Below, piece after piece: positions 1-9,230 of a stretch of 36,557 nucleotides of DNA (its first letter is position 1; every line of letters begins with the position of its first letter). The translations under genes were made by a program, and so were the position numbers. The stretch comes from a bacterium (GTDB taxonomy: Bacteria > Patescibacteriota > Minisyncoccia > Phycocordibacterales > GWA1-40-21): assembly GCA_037147155.1 (NCBI GenBank), contig JBAWVR010000003.1:1-36557 (forward strand). Direction: 5' to 3'. The notes under the pieces were generated by a model. It searched no databases. It saw only the letters and a list, made by a program, of their open reading frames with translations, and was not told where the DNA came from.

Positions 1-66
1 GTGGTCTTTTTTACTTAATAAGACGTAAACGTATTGCATAATGCATTGGCAAAAATTTTCTCGGGT

Positions 67-1881
67 TTATTCAGCCTCCCCCCAACTATCCACCGTCCAA
101 CCACCAGTCGGACCAGACTTAAATTGCATATTGGCAATACCCGTTTCGTAATTAACGTTACCACCACCATCAATATACACGGAGTCACCATAAACCGATT
201 TACAACCTGAACCACCATTAATGTGAACCATACCATTTGGCGCCGCTAGCACAACCGCCCCAGCTCCACCAGAAAGCATTAGAGCTGACGACTGAGAATC
301 AGAATTACAGACAAAATCCAGCGGACATTTTGAAGTTGTTACAATAACAGGATAACTCCCAGCAGTACCAGAACCAGAAAACGCTCCGCCTCCTGCCACT
401 GACACATATCCATCAGCAATAATAACCCCACTCGCTGACCCATACGAAGATGACAGAACAATTTTTCCTCCTCCGGAAACAACTACAACACCTTTGACCC
501 ACACGGTACCAGTCAGAGTTAGTGTTCCACCACCTCCCAAGTTCAAGTTACCGGTAATAACTTTTGGTCCCAATGTACCACCAGTAGAATTATAGGTTTT
601 TGTTCCAACAAAAGTTCCGCCAGCCTCAGCCTCAGCGTGCCAGGCATCTATATTGGCCTCTGATATTGGTACACCTACCGAGGGTGGAGGTAACCCCATA
701 CCAGAACTACCGGCATCACAGGTTTTACTACCCGAAATATTTGTAGCAGTAGCACAATAAAGTTTTCCGGTGGCACTAATATGTTTTATATTTGAAGCCC
801 AAGCGATGTCAGTGGCTTTACTACCAACATTTAAATAATCTCCTTCATAACCATTGATTTCTGAGGCAGTACTACCGAGATAGACAGTAAAATATCCATC
901 GAGACCAGCCGGCGTCGTAGCACTCCAAGCTGAGGTGCTTATGTTTCCAATTTTAGCCTGACCGTTAGCATAAGCTGAATTGGCCCCAACAACATAATAA
1001 TTTGATGAAGCACTATTTGTTGTTCCTTGGATAATCAACCAGTAGGTCTGCCCGGCTGTCAGAGTTACTATTGGGCTAAAAGTTAAATCTACCCAGCCAT
1101 AATTAGTAGTGACCAAGGTTGAGGCTAGAGTTGCAGAAGAAAAGCCAACTGTATCCGGTGCTCCTGCATCATCCAATCTTAATGTGGCAGTGAAACTTCC
1201 CGGTGCCCCTACTTTCTTAACATAAATCGAGATTTTGGAAATTGATGAAGTTGTGGCTACAGTAAAACTTTGAGCAAAATCACGCAAAGTTTTTGATGTA
1301 TTAAAAGAAATACTATTTGGTGGTGTGGTGGGAGTTTCATTGGTAGTATCTTTGATCAACCCTCCAGAACTAGCCGCTACGGCCGAACCATAGATATGAA
1401 TACCTGATCCTCCTTTAATAGAACCGTTCGAGTAAACATTTCCATTGATAGCTGACCCACCTGTAATAGTTAATCCTCCATTACCAATCTGGACGCCGTA
1501 ACTAAAATCTGCCCCCTCCCCTTGTTTAATAATGGTTTTAATTTTTTTATAAAAGTTAGAGACCAGTCCTTCGGCCGTTATAGTCCTGGTCGAGCCACTA
1601 TCTACTGAGGTAGTAGTGGCGTAAGAACCGTCAACTGACAAAACTTCTGTATCAGAATATGGTTGACTTTTTTTCATGCGGTATAATACATCTTCTACTC
1701 CAGACTCTGAAGCATAAAAACTGTTTTTGGAAAACAGCATATTAGAGGTATTGCGAAAATCTTTGGTAACAACATAAGACAAACCAGTGACCACAATTAG
1801 TCCAACAATCAAAAAAAACAGAACGGCCAAAATTACAATAGCCCCTTTTCTCTGATTGTTTTTTGTATTATTTAACATCAT
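67..1881 (-). CDS. Large PilX-like minor pilin / pilus-associated protein with Gly/Ser/Thr-rich beta-rich C-terminus
   Basis: Basic leader ending RKG|AIVIL plus a hydrophobic helix, PilX-type 'SFYASESGVEDVL' motif; last gene of the pilin cluster. Confidence 0.75.
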   Translation of the reverse strand: MMLNNTKNNQRKGAIVILAVLFFLIVGLIVVTGLSYVVTKDFRNTSNMLFSKNSFYASESGVEDVLYRMKKSQPYSDTEVLSVDGSYATTTSVDSGSTRTITAEGLVSNFYKKIKTIIKQGEGADFSYGVQIGNGGLTITGGSAINGNVYSNGSIKGGSGIHIYGSAVAASSGGLIKDTTNETPTTPPNSISFNTSKTLRDFAQSFTVATTSSISKISIYVKKVGAPGSFTATLRLDDAGAPDTVGFSSATLASTLVTTNYGWVDLTFSPIVTLTAGQTYWLIIQGTTNSASSNYYVVGANSAYANGQAKIGNISTSAWSATTPAGLDGYFTVYLGSTASEINGYEGDYLNVGSKATDIAWASNIKHISATGKLYCATATNISGSKTCDAGSSGMGLPPPSVGVPISEANIDAWHAEAEAGGTFVGTKTYNSTGGTLGPKVITGNLNLGGGGTLTLTGTVWVKGVVVVSGGGKIVLSSSYGSASGVIIADGYVSVAGGGAFSGSGTAGSYPVIVTTSKCPLDFVCNSDSQSSALMLSGGAGAVVLAAPNGMVHINGGSGCKSVYGDSVYIDGGGNVNYETGIANMQFKSGPTGGWTVDSWGEAE

Positions 1882-1886
1882 ATTTT

Positions 1887-2534
1887 TTATAAACCTCTAA
1901 TTACTGCGGTCGTACCAAAATCTCCGGTCTTAGTACCAGAAGTCAAAGACATTTTCACAGTCACAGCATTAGTAGAAGTACCAACCGGTCGATATATTTC
2001 AAAACTATTTACTGCCACACCAGGCAAAGTGAGTGCCCCCTGATCAACACCATCTTTCTTCAACTTTAACACTGAACTGTCGAGGTAGAAATCATAGTTG
2101 GTATTTGAACCGTCAGTGTTTTTTGAGTCCAAATACAAACGGCTGGAGGAAGTTCCAAACACACTATTAGCAATATTGATACTGGAAGCCTGACGGGTTT
2201 CAAAAGAAATACGATTGAGAACTGAGACAGCTGAGTTGGTCAGATTTTTTCTCTGAGCCAATTCTTGGTATGATTTGGATAAATAAACTAGAGAGCTAGT
2301 GATGGCCATAACCAAAACAATAAAGATAGCGAGATAGACTAGCATTTCAATCAGAGTGAACCCCGCAGTAGACTTCTGCCTTTGGTCGGTATTGATGTTG
2401 ATTTGGTTAACCATTACTTTTTTCCAATTATTTGCCTTTAATTTTACCACAAATAACACCCGACCTATTAGACAGAAGGCAGAAGTCACTAGCTGGGCAG
2501 GCCCAGTAGTGAGCTTTTGGTTTTTAGTTATCAT
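1887..2534 (-). CDS. Type IV prepilin-like protein (PilW/PulJ-like) with in-frame palindromic insert in its leader
   Basis: G|FTLIEMLVYLAIF N-methylation motif, preceded by a 45-aa segment shared with ORF 3018-3626. Confidence 0.85.
   Translation of the reverse strand: MITKNQKLTTGPAQLVTSAFCLIGRVLFVVKLKANNWKKVMVNQININTDQRQKSTAGFTLIEMLVYLAIFIVLVMAITSSLVYLSKSYQELAQRKNLTNSAVSVLNRISFETRQASSINIANSVFGTSSSRLYLDSKNTDGSNTNYDFYLDSSVLKLKKDGVDQGALTLPGVAVNSFEIYRPVGTSTNAVTVKMSLTSGTKTGDFGTTAVIRGL
2361..2497 (+). mobile_element. Coding palindromic element (family A subtype) inside a prepilin leader, copy 1
   Basis: CCCCGCAGTAGACTTCTGCCTT...AAGGCAGAAGTCACTAGCTGGG; ungapped match to 3465-3601. Confidence 0.85.
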
Positions 2535-3012
2535 AAATATTACTTAAATAAGTGGAGATGCTTTTGGAAGTGGTAACACCTTGTTCCGACCAGGACACCA
2601 TGACTTTTATTTTTTTAATATTTGAATCAACTGCGCCTCCTGCGGCAATAATATCACCAGTCGAACCATCGCGCTTAACATCATAAAAATTAACCGTTCT
2701 AGTAAAACCATCGTCAATCACTGGACTGGTCACAAAAGACCAAACTCGAGAAGTAGTAGCAAAGGATAAATAGTAGGTTGTAGAAGTACTCTTGGTTAAA
2801 ATATTAGTATTCCAGCTAGAATCGCGATTAAAGCGTACCACCTCCAAACCCTCCTCGGTCATAAATGACGCTTTGGCCAAATTGGCAGTTCTCGTCTCCA
2901 TAGTTATAAAAAAACCGTAAGCATTCATAATGGCCACAAAAGCCACAGCGATAATAGCGGCACCAATCAGCACCTCCACCAAGCTCACACCTTTTTTAAA
3001 ATAACTAATCAT
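2524..3012 (-). CDS. Type IV prepilin-like protein (PilV/PulI-like)
   Basis: KKG|VSLVEVLIG motif with short leader; C-terminal KKIKVMVSW. Confidence 0.85.
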   Translation of the reverse strand: MISYFKKGVSLVEVLIGAAIIAVAFVAIMNAYGFFITMETRTANLAKASFMTEEGLEVVRFNRDSSWNTNILTKSTSTTYYLSFATTSRVWSFVTSPVIDDGFTRTVNFYDVKRDGSTGDIIAAGGAVDSNIKKIKVMVSWSEQGVTTSKSISTYLSNIYDN

Positions 3013-3017
3013 TTTTA

Positions 3018-3626
3018 TTAACGAGATATCAAACCGGTCCCTTTTATTTCAATCGTTTTATATTTTGTGGCATCACCAATCATACTAACTCGAAAGGTAC
3101 CATAATTATCTGTCGCGCCGGTCAGTTTTTTGAAAATCACTGTATCAGCACTACCTGCAAAGGAAAAATTTGTTAGAGCAAAATCTGATGAATCAGAAAG
3201 TAATAGTGTCTTATTGCTAGCACTGCCTTCAACGTAAGTTGGCGCCGGAAAAACCACTATTTTATTACTAAAAAACTTGACCCCGTAATTCAGTCCAGCT
3301 AAAGTTGTTGCTGAATTTGCCTTGACTTCCTCCAGGGTGATAGCAATCATGGAGGCCTCTTTTTCTAAACCTTTGGTTTTTTGTCCACCAAGAAAATAAT
3401 AACCAGCTAATGTTGATAAAACACCGATTATACAAATTACCACAAGCAACTCGACCAACGTGAACCCAGCAGTAGACTTCTGCCTTTGGTCGGTATTGAT
3501 GTTGATTTGGTTGACCATTACTTTTTCCCAGTTATTTGCCTTTAGTTTTGCCACAGCAAATATCCGACCTATTAGATAGAAGGCAGAAGTCACTAGCTGG
3601 GCAAATCCATAATTAATATTTTTCAT
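3018..3626 (-). CDS. Type IV prepilin-like protein (FimT/GspH-like) with in-frame palindromic insert in its leader
   Basis: G|FTLVELLVVICIIGVL motif; leader reads MKNINYGF-[45 aa]-GFTL. Confidence 0.85.
   Translation of the reverse strand: MKNINYGFAQLVTSAFYLIGRIFAVAKLKANNWEKVMVNQININTDQRQKSTAGFTLVELLVVICIIGVLSTLAGYYFLGGQKTKGLEKEASMIAITLEEVKANSATTLAGLNYGVKFFSNKIVVFPAPTYVEGSASNKTLLLSDSSDFALTNFSFAGSADTVIFKKLTGATDNYGTFRVSMIGDATKYKTIEIKGTGLISR
3465..3601 (+). mobile_element. Coding palindromic element (family A subtype) inside a prepilin leader, copy 2
   Basis: CCCAGCAGTAGACTTCTGCCTT...AAGGCAGAAGTCACTAGCTGGG. Confidence 0.85.
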
Positions 3627-3633
3627 ATTTAAA

Positions 3634-4866
3634 TTATACCGTATCCATTAAAGAATAAATCGGCAAAATCATGGAAACTGCAAAGAAACCTACAGCTATA
3701 CCAATAAACACCATAAGCACAGGTTCGATGATTGTCGACATGTCTTTGGTTTTTTGTTCTACTTCGGATTCATAATAAGCAGCCACACCCATGAGCATCT
3801 CAGGCATTTTACCAGTCTCCTCACCCACACTCATCATCTCCCCCACAAAAACTGGATAGAGATTTTCGTATTTTGTAAAAATTGACGACACGGTGATACC
3901 CTTACCAACATTTTCATAAGCTTCAGCAATAACCGCTCGATAGTAACTATTCTGTACCACTTCACCAGTAATCTGGATAGCTTCGGCGATCGGTACACCA
4001 GAAGTAATAAGCGAGGACAGAGTGCGGGCTGTGCGGGCCGAGTTGGTTTCTTTGACCAATTCTCCAATAACCGGCAAACGCAAGATGGTAAATTCAAACC
4101 AACGTTGACCGCGTGGGGTTTTATAAAAATAATATAAAGAACCGCCAACAAGTAAAAACAAAAATAAAACCAAAAGAAAATTATGTTGAAAGGCATTGCT
4201 TGCAAAAATAATCAACTTGGTGCTCATTGGTAACTCGACTTTCATTTCTGTAAAAGTTCCAGTGATACTTGGAACAACAAACACAAGCATTAGCACTGCC
4301 ACAATACCAATCACACACAAAATAATTCCAGGATAAATCATGGCGCCTTTGATTTTCTTTTGCAGACGGTTAGTGTTGTCCATTTGTAAGGCCACAATTC
4401 TAAGAGATTCCGACAAGCCACCAGACTCTTCACCGGCCTTGGTCATAGATACAAATAAATTGGAAAAAACCTCAGGATATAATTTCATCGCAGTACTCAA
4501 ACTTTTACCCTGACTAATTTCAGAGTTCAAACTGGCAATAATTTCTTTAAACTTTTTATTATGGATTTGCTTCTCCAATACCATAAGAGCTCGAGACAAG
4601 GATAAACCAGCGCTAATCATAGCTCCCAAATTGCGAGCAAACATAATTTTATCCTGAGCAGAAACATGACCAATGAGACCAGCAAACCAAGCATTGGCTT
4701 TTTTTACCAAACTATCACTCTCTTCATGTTCTTTTTCCTCAATAAAAATAACCGTATCTCCACGGGTTTTAATTTCTTTAAATAGAGCTGGGCGGTCGAG
4801 CACATCCAAATCACCTTCATAAGAAGTGCCATCAGTTTTCATCGCCTTAAAATGAAACAAAGCCAT
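3634..4866 (-). CDS. pilC: Type IV pilus inner-membrane platform protein PilC (GspF family)
   Basis: AGEESGGL, AMIYP, GEETGKM and IEPVLM motifs of two GspF domains; start set to MALFHFKA (4866) because the longer ORF overlaps the divergent gene. Confidence 0.92.
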   Translation of the reverse strand: MALFHFKAMKTDGTSYEGDLDVLDRPALFKEIKTRGDTVIFIEEKEHEESDSLVKKANAWFAGLIGHVSAQDKIMFARNLGAMISAGLSLSRALMVLEKQIHNKKFKEIIASLNSEISQGKSLSTAMKLYPEVFSNLFVSMTKAGEESGGLSESLRIVALQMDNTNRLQKKIKGAMIYPGIILCVIGIVAVLMLVFVVPSITGTFTEMKVELPMSTKLIIFASNAFQHNFLLVLFLFLLVGGSLYYFYKTPRGQRWFEFTILRLPVIGELVKETNSARTARTLSSLITSGVPIAEAIQITGEVVQNSYYRAVIAEAYENVGKGITVSSIFTKYENLYPVFVGEMMSVGEETGKMPEMLMGVAAYYESEVEQKTKDMSTIIEPVLMVFIGIAVGFFAVSMILPIYSLMDTV

Positions 4867-4953
4867 AACTAGTCTATATTTTAACACAAAATTTTCCACA
4901 AAACCAAAGAATTTGGAGAATGAACAAGCTTTTGCTATGATTTGTTTATAATT

Positions 4954-6012
4954 ATGAGAAAAATCTTTCAACATTCATTTAGACTCGCTGTTATTATCTT
5001 TGCTATTCTCGGACTAGGCTTCGTCTCAGTCTATTTTGCTGTTAAATACGGCCTAACCAATACCAAAGGTATTATTGATCAACAAAATGAGGCTTTTTGG
5101 CAAAGTGCCGAAAGTGACACTGTAGTCAACAAAAAACTTTTGACCGAAGAAAAACTGTGCAAGTTAAATGTTATAAAGAAAAAGTTTCCAATGGAGGCAA
5201 AGAGATTGGCTAAAATGTTATTGGGAAACCTAGGTGAAACAGCTGACAAAGCGATTAGTAATTCTCTTTTGGTGATTGAACCAAATAATAATACTTGCGC
5301 AAGTAAAAACAACTTGGCCAATGCTTCAGCTTTCAATGATATTGCCAATTACATTGAGAAGACTAGTCCTTATGCTTGGGTTAACAGCCAAGAATGGGAA
5401 ACTTTTAGAGACGCAGTTAGCCGCGATCAGGATGTATTAAAGCAAGTAGAAAAAGAGACCGGAATTAAGTCACGTTTATTGGTAGCTGAGCTCATGGCTG
5501 AGCAACTACGTTTATTCTATTCCGAGCGAGACTTATTCGAAAGAGTTTTTGCTCCAATTAAAATTCTCGGTAGTCAAACTCAATTTTCTTGGGGTATTAT
5601 GGGATTAAAGCCTGACACGGCCATTGCAATTGAGAGGAATTTGAAAGATGCCACTTCCCCATTTTACCTTGGCACTCAACACCAAAACACTTTGAACTTC
5701 AAAACTTCTGATATTGATCAGGAAAGATTCGAAAGAATCACGGATGAACACAATCATTATTATGCTTATTTATATTCCGCAATTTACAATCTTCAAATTA
5801 TTAATCAGTGGAAAAAAAGTAATGTCGATATTTCCAATCGCCCAGAGATTCTTGCCACCTTATACAATATTGGTTTTGCCAACTCTACACCAAAAGCTGA
5901 CCCACAGATTGGCGGAGCGGAACTAGACATTGCGGGACAGACTTATAGTTTTGGTCGCTTAGCCAATGAATTCTACTATTCTGACGAGCTGACTGATTTG
6001 TTTCCGTATTAA
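4954..6012 (+). CDS. Membrane-anchored protein with possible lysozyme-like (transglycosylase-like) C-terminal domain
   Basis: N-terminal TM helix; LLVAELMAEQ, SWGIMGL and ATLYNIG resemble SLT motifs I-III. Confidence 0.5.
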   Translation: MRKIFQHSFRLAVIIFAILGLGFVSVYFAVKYGLTNTKGIIDQQNEAFWQSAESDTVVNKKLLTEEKLCKLNVIKKKFPMEAKRLAKMLLGNLGETADKAISNSLLVIEPNNNTCASKNNLANASAFNDIANYIEKTSPYAWVNSQEWETFRDAVSRDQDVLKQVEKETGIKSRLLVAELMAEQLRLFYSERDLFERVFAPIKILGSQTQFSWGIMGLKPDTAIAIERNLKDATSPFYLGTQHQNTLNFKTSDIDQERFERITDEHNHYYAYLYSAIYNLQIINQWKKSNVDISNRPEILATLYNIGFANSTPKADPQIGGAELDIAGQTYSFGRLANEFYYSDELTDLFPY

Positions 6013-6026
6013 AAAATTATCAAAAC

Positions 6027-6057
6027 GAAAAACCGACCAGTCATGGTCGGTTTTTTG
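6027..6057. terminator. Bidirectional intrinsic terminator
   Basis: aaaaaCCGACCA-gtca-TGGTCGGtttttt between convergent genes. Confidence 0.85.
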
Positions 6058-6063
6058 TTTTAC

Positions 6064-7839
6064 TTAATCCTGAATTTTTAGATTATTTACCAACCCGTCC
6101 AAATCTCTTGTTTTTAACACTCCGCCAAAATTCTCATTATCCGTAGCACCAACTTTCCTCAAAATCAGTGTTTTATTGTCTGGCAATGGAAAAGCATAAA
6201 TTGTAATCTGCTTATCTGCAGAATCATCGCCCACTCTCATACAATCATAACCCTGATATTTTATAAAACCATCACCATAACCAATAATATTGGCATTAGT
6301 AACATAAGTCTCGAAATCTAAGTCGCTAACCACCACATTTAATCCACCTTCCTCAAAAACTGAGCAAGATTTATCTGCACCTATGGTTTTTCCGGCGCAG
6401 GTTTCATTCTTATTTACCCGGTCAGCCCAAACTTTTGGAACAATGTCGACCGAAGCCAGAGTAACAACTTCTGGCTGAATATCTTTATTATTTTCGCTTA
6501 CCCCATTAATCACAACAAAATCTTTTGGGTAATCGAAAGAAAAACCAAAACGATCACTACCATATGTTCCCTCTGGTATTGAATTAGCAGCTGATTTTTG
6601 TGAGATAACATTTGAGCTATTTTTTAATGATTCGTATATCAACTTTGTCGCATTAATAAGGACTGGTTCGGTACTTTTAGTGTACGTGACCATATCGCTC
6701 TTTCCTCCCCCGTAACAGGCTGTGGCACCGCTAACGTCCGTGCAGGCAGAAATCATTTTACCTCCTATGGAAATAAAATCCTTTGATGTTATAGGGACCT
6801 CATTGGCATAAATTGCGATACCAGAAACATAAGACGGTCCAGTTGCACCCAGGGTGTCCTTAACTTGTCTGACTATCCAATTTTGGGGATGTTTAAAAGA
6901 TATCATCAACTGTGAATCAGTATATGTTGTCCAGTCAGCAGTCTGGTTAGTTATGGCGGCTGCGGGTTTTTTGATAAAAGAATCAATAATCTTTTCTCCA
7001 ATCTTAAACTCTTCCGTCGCATTTTTTACACTATTGGGTACCTCTATATTCCACCAAGACTGGGCTGGTTTTTCAGAACTACCAAAATCAGCATGGTGTG
7101 TTATAGCAACACCACCAGGAGAATTTAAGCCATCACTAGACGACCAAAACATGATTCTGTAGCTAACATTAGTCCCCTTAAAACCTTCTAGATCGTTACG
7201 GGCAGGACTTTCAATTGTCACTGAAGGATATCTTTCTGTAATAATTGTTTTACTACTATCAACCACTTTCCATTCAGCTGGATACTTGAATTCGAAGCCG
7301 TATTCATCATTTACATATGCTTTCCAACCATCTGATAATTTTTTTGAACTAAATTTTAGAGAATCTATAATCTCTTGTTCAATTTTTTTATACTCGGCAC
7401 TTGATGCCGCTAAAGTTACTTTTATCGATTGATCTTTATAACAAATATCTTTGTATTCAAGTAGACCATATCCGACTGTCCAATCGGAATCAATACAATT
7501 TATATCTTTATTTACCGCCACACTATCTCTTGGATCACCCGTATCCGGTCTAGGTTTTTGTTTTGTATCAACAATTCTGATTTTGTTGTTATCTAAATTT
7601 TCTACCATCCAATCTGCAGGGTGTTTGATAACTAGACCATAATTTGTGTTCTCAACTGATAACCATCCAGGATATTTTTCTTCAGTAAGTTGCTGACCAT
7701 TTGCTGAAATTTTGGCTCTTTCTATTTGTTTTGTTTTTAAATACAACCCGCCCCAAACGATTAGAGCAATGGCACAAATAATTAATAAAATTGCTATTGT
7801 TAATTTTGAACCTTTATTTGTCTGTGTGTTTTCTTCCAT
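6064..7839 (-). CDS. Membrane-anchored surface protein with four PsbP-like (W..Y.N..YGF.F.YP..W) modules
   Basis: TM helix followed by YGLVIKHPADW, YGFEFKYPAEW, LMISFKHPQNW and FGFSFDYPKDF; start MEENTQ lies 6 nt after TATAAT. Confidence 0.7.
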   Translation of the reverse strand: MEENTQTNKGSKLTIAILLIICAIALIVWGGLYLKTKQIERAKISANGQQLTEEKYPGWLSVENTNYGLVIKHPADWMVENLDNNKIRIVDTKQKPRPDTGDPRDSVAVNKDINCIDSDWTVGYGLLEYKDICYKDQSIKVTLAASSAEYKKIEQEIIDSLKFSSKKLSDGWKAYVNDEYGFEFKYPAEWKVVDSSKTIITERYPSVTIESPARNDLEGFKGTNVSYRIMFWSSSDGLNSPGGVAITHHADFGSSEKPAQSWWNIEVPNSVKNATEEFKIGEKIIDSFIKKPAAAITNQTADWTTYTDSQLMISFKHPQNWIVRQVKDTLGATGPSYVSGIAIYANEVPITSKDFISIGGKMISACTDVSGATACYGGGKSDMVTYTKSTEPVLINATKLIYESLKNSSNVISQKSAANSIPEGTYGSDRFGFSFDYPKDFVVINGVSENNKDIQPEVVTLASVDIVPKVWADRVNKNETCAGKTIGADKSCSVFEEGGLNVVVSDLDFETYVTNANIIGYGDGFIKYQGYDCMRVGDDSADKQITIYAFPLPDNKTLILRKVGATDNENFGGVLKTRDLDGLVNNLKIQD

Positions 7840-7845
7840 GTAAAA

Positions 7846-7885
7846 ATTATACCACGAAAAATGAAATACTAATTTCATCTCGTGG
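7846..7885 (-). promoter_or_regulatory. Family D hairpin fused to an extended -10 (TGGTATAAT)
   Basis: CCACGAGATGAAATTAGTATTTCATTTTTCGTGGTATAAT, near-identical to 14514-14553. Confidence 0.7.
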
Positions 7886-7889
7886 CAAG

Positions 7890-7930
7890 AAAAAACAGCC
7901 CGTGGTTCGCTTTGCGACCACGGGCTGTTT
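7890..7930 (-). terminator. Intrinsic terminator
   Basis: aaaaCAGCCCGTGGT...ACCACGGGCTGtttt hairpin just after the stop of 7945-9054. Confidence 0.75.
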
Positions 7931-7944
7931 GATTGAACATAGAA

Positions 7945-9054
7945 TTACTCCTTGTCTTCTTTTGTTTCAATCAAAATTGTTAACTTTCTAATACAATCCT
8001 CCTGGTCAGTTTTGATTGACCATTCCATCATCTTTGAATAGATGAGACGGATCATTTTACGACTACATGTGAGACTGAGTGCTGACCTCAAGGCTTCTTG
8101 CCTGGTTGATTCATCACCTGTTGGGTAATCACACAGACTCAAAAAACCTTCTGGTGTAGTCTCGGTCTCCAATCGCACTCGCAAATGAACCGTCAGTTTT
8201 TCAAGGGCTTCACTCTTGATTCTGCTCTGGCAGTGTTCAGGGAAACTCTTGTAAATCGATTTGCAAACTTCTAGATCTTCGCCCTTATTCTTGAGCTCTG
8301 GACCAAGCAACATCTCTAAACCCTGAAGGGCTTGTTTCTGAGCATAGTCCAAATCCTCACCATAGTCTCCGTACGGCCTCACACCACTCAATTCCCAAAT
8401 CCTTTTTAGTGATGAGGGTTTTTCAGCAATGTTTGAGGCTTTGATCAAAGCCCGACTGAGAATTGATAAGTCGCCTTTTTCCTCTCTTTCAGCAATCTTA
8501 ATCAATACTTCATCATCTTTGGTCACTTCGATCATTCGATTACTGATTAAATCGAGGCACTTACGACAGTGAGTGGAGCGTGGCAAAAACTTTTTGCAAT
8601 CATCGATTGTTCTAGCCTCGGTCAGACCATGGCTAATCAACCTGCGCAATTTCTCCACAGCTCGAGGACGAAGTACCTCATTGGTAACTGGGTCACCGGC
8701 CATCTTGTCACACTCGTGCACCTCGTTGGCCAAATCGAGCGATTTATCGAAAACCGCCAATTCAACTTCAGAGCCACGCCAGGTTCTCGGATACAAGCAC
8801 CAAGCCTCGCGAAAGGTCTCAGCCTTTTCCAAAAGCGGGATAATGAAACCATCGATTTTGTCCTGAACCTCTCGACGCCCTTCGGTGTCTGGTGCCAACT
8901 GCATGATATGTTCACACTTTTCAAGCGTGTCGGCAGCAGCAAGCTTGACCTTGTAGTGAAGAGGGATATCAAGCGCCCGACAAATCTGAGCCTGTTGTCC
9001 CCCACCTAGAACAGTGTCTACTGTATGGAGAACGGTTTCAGAAATCGTTTGCAT
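7945..9054 (-). CDS. Hypothetical alpha-helical repeat protein
   Basis: 369-aa ORF with SD AGGAGG and its own promoter and terminator; degenerate A.T...C repeats. Confidence 0.75.
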   Translation of the reverse strand: MQTISETVLHTVDTVLGGGQQAQICRALDIPLHYKVKLAAADTLEKCEHIMQLAPDTEGRREVQDKIDGFIIPLLEKAETFREAWCLYPRTWRGSEVELAVFDKSLDLANEVHECDKMAGDPVTNEVLRPRAVEKLRRLISHGLTEARTIDDCKKFLPRSTHCRKCLDLISNRMIEVTKDDEVLIKIAEREEKGDLSILSRALIKASNIAEKPSSLKRIWELSGVRPYGDYGEDLDYAQKQALQGLEMLLGPELKNKGEDLEVCKSIYKSFPEHCQSRIKSEALEKLTVHLRVRLETETTPEGFLSLCDYPTGDESTRQEALRSALSLTCSRKMIRLIYSKMMEWSIKTDQEDCIRKLTILIETKEDKE

Positions 9055-9130
9055 TTGTAACCTCCTGGTTTGTGTTTTAAAACTTGAGTTTGTTTTAGAA
9101 AGTATTTTTCAAAGAATTTGTTCCACCTTA

Positions 9131-9159
9131 AGTAGACCAAAAGTGGGGGTGGAAGTCAA
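9131..9159 (-). promoter_or_regulatory. Sigma70-like promoter TTGACT-17-TCTACT
   Basis: 17-nt spacing with TGn extension; followed by ATTCTTTGAAAA and an SD. Confidence 0.55.
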
Positions 9160-9178
9160 ACCCAGTTTTTTTGATATA

Positions 9179-9213
9179 AAAAGCCCGTACCACCAATAAT
9201 TGGCGGCACGGGC
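9179..9213 (-). terminator. Intrinsic terminator
   Basis: GCCCGTACCACCAAT/ATTGGCGGCACGGGC imperfect stem with T-tail on the minus strand after 9231-10346. Confidence 0.6.
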
Positions 9214-9230
9214 GGGGTCGGAATTATCCT

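Noticed and set aside
4867-4974. Longer PilC start
   Set aside because: It overlaps the divergent gene's start and promoter region; MALFHFKA is a typical PilC start.
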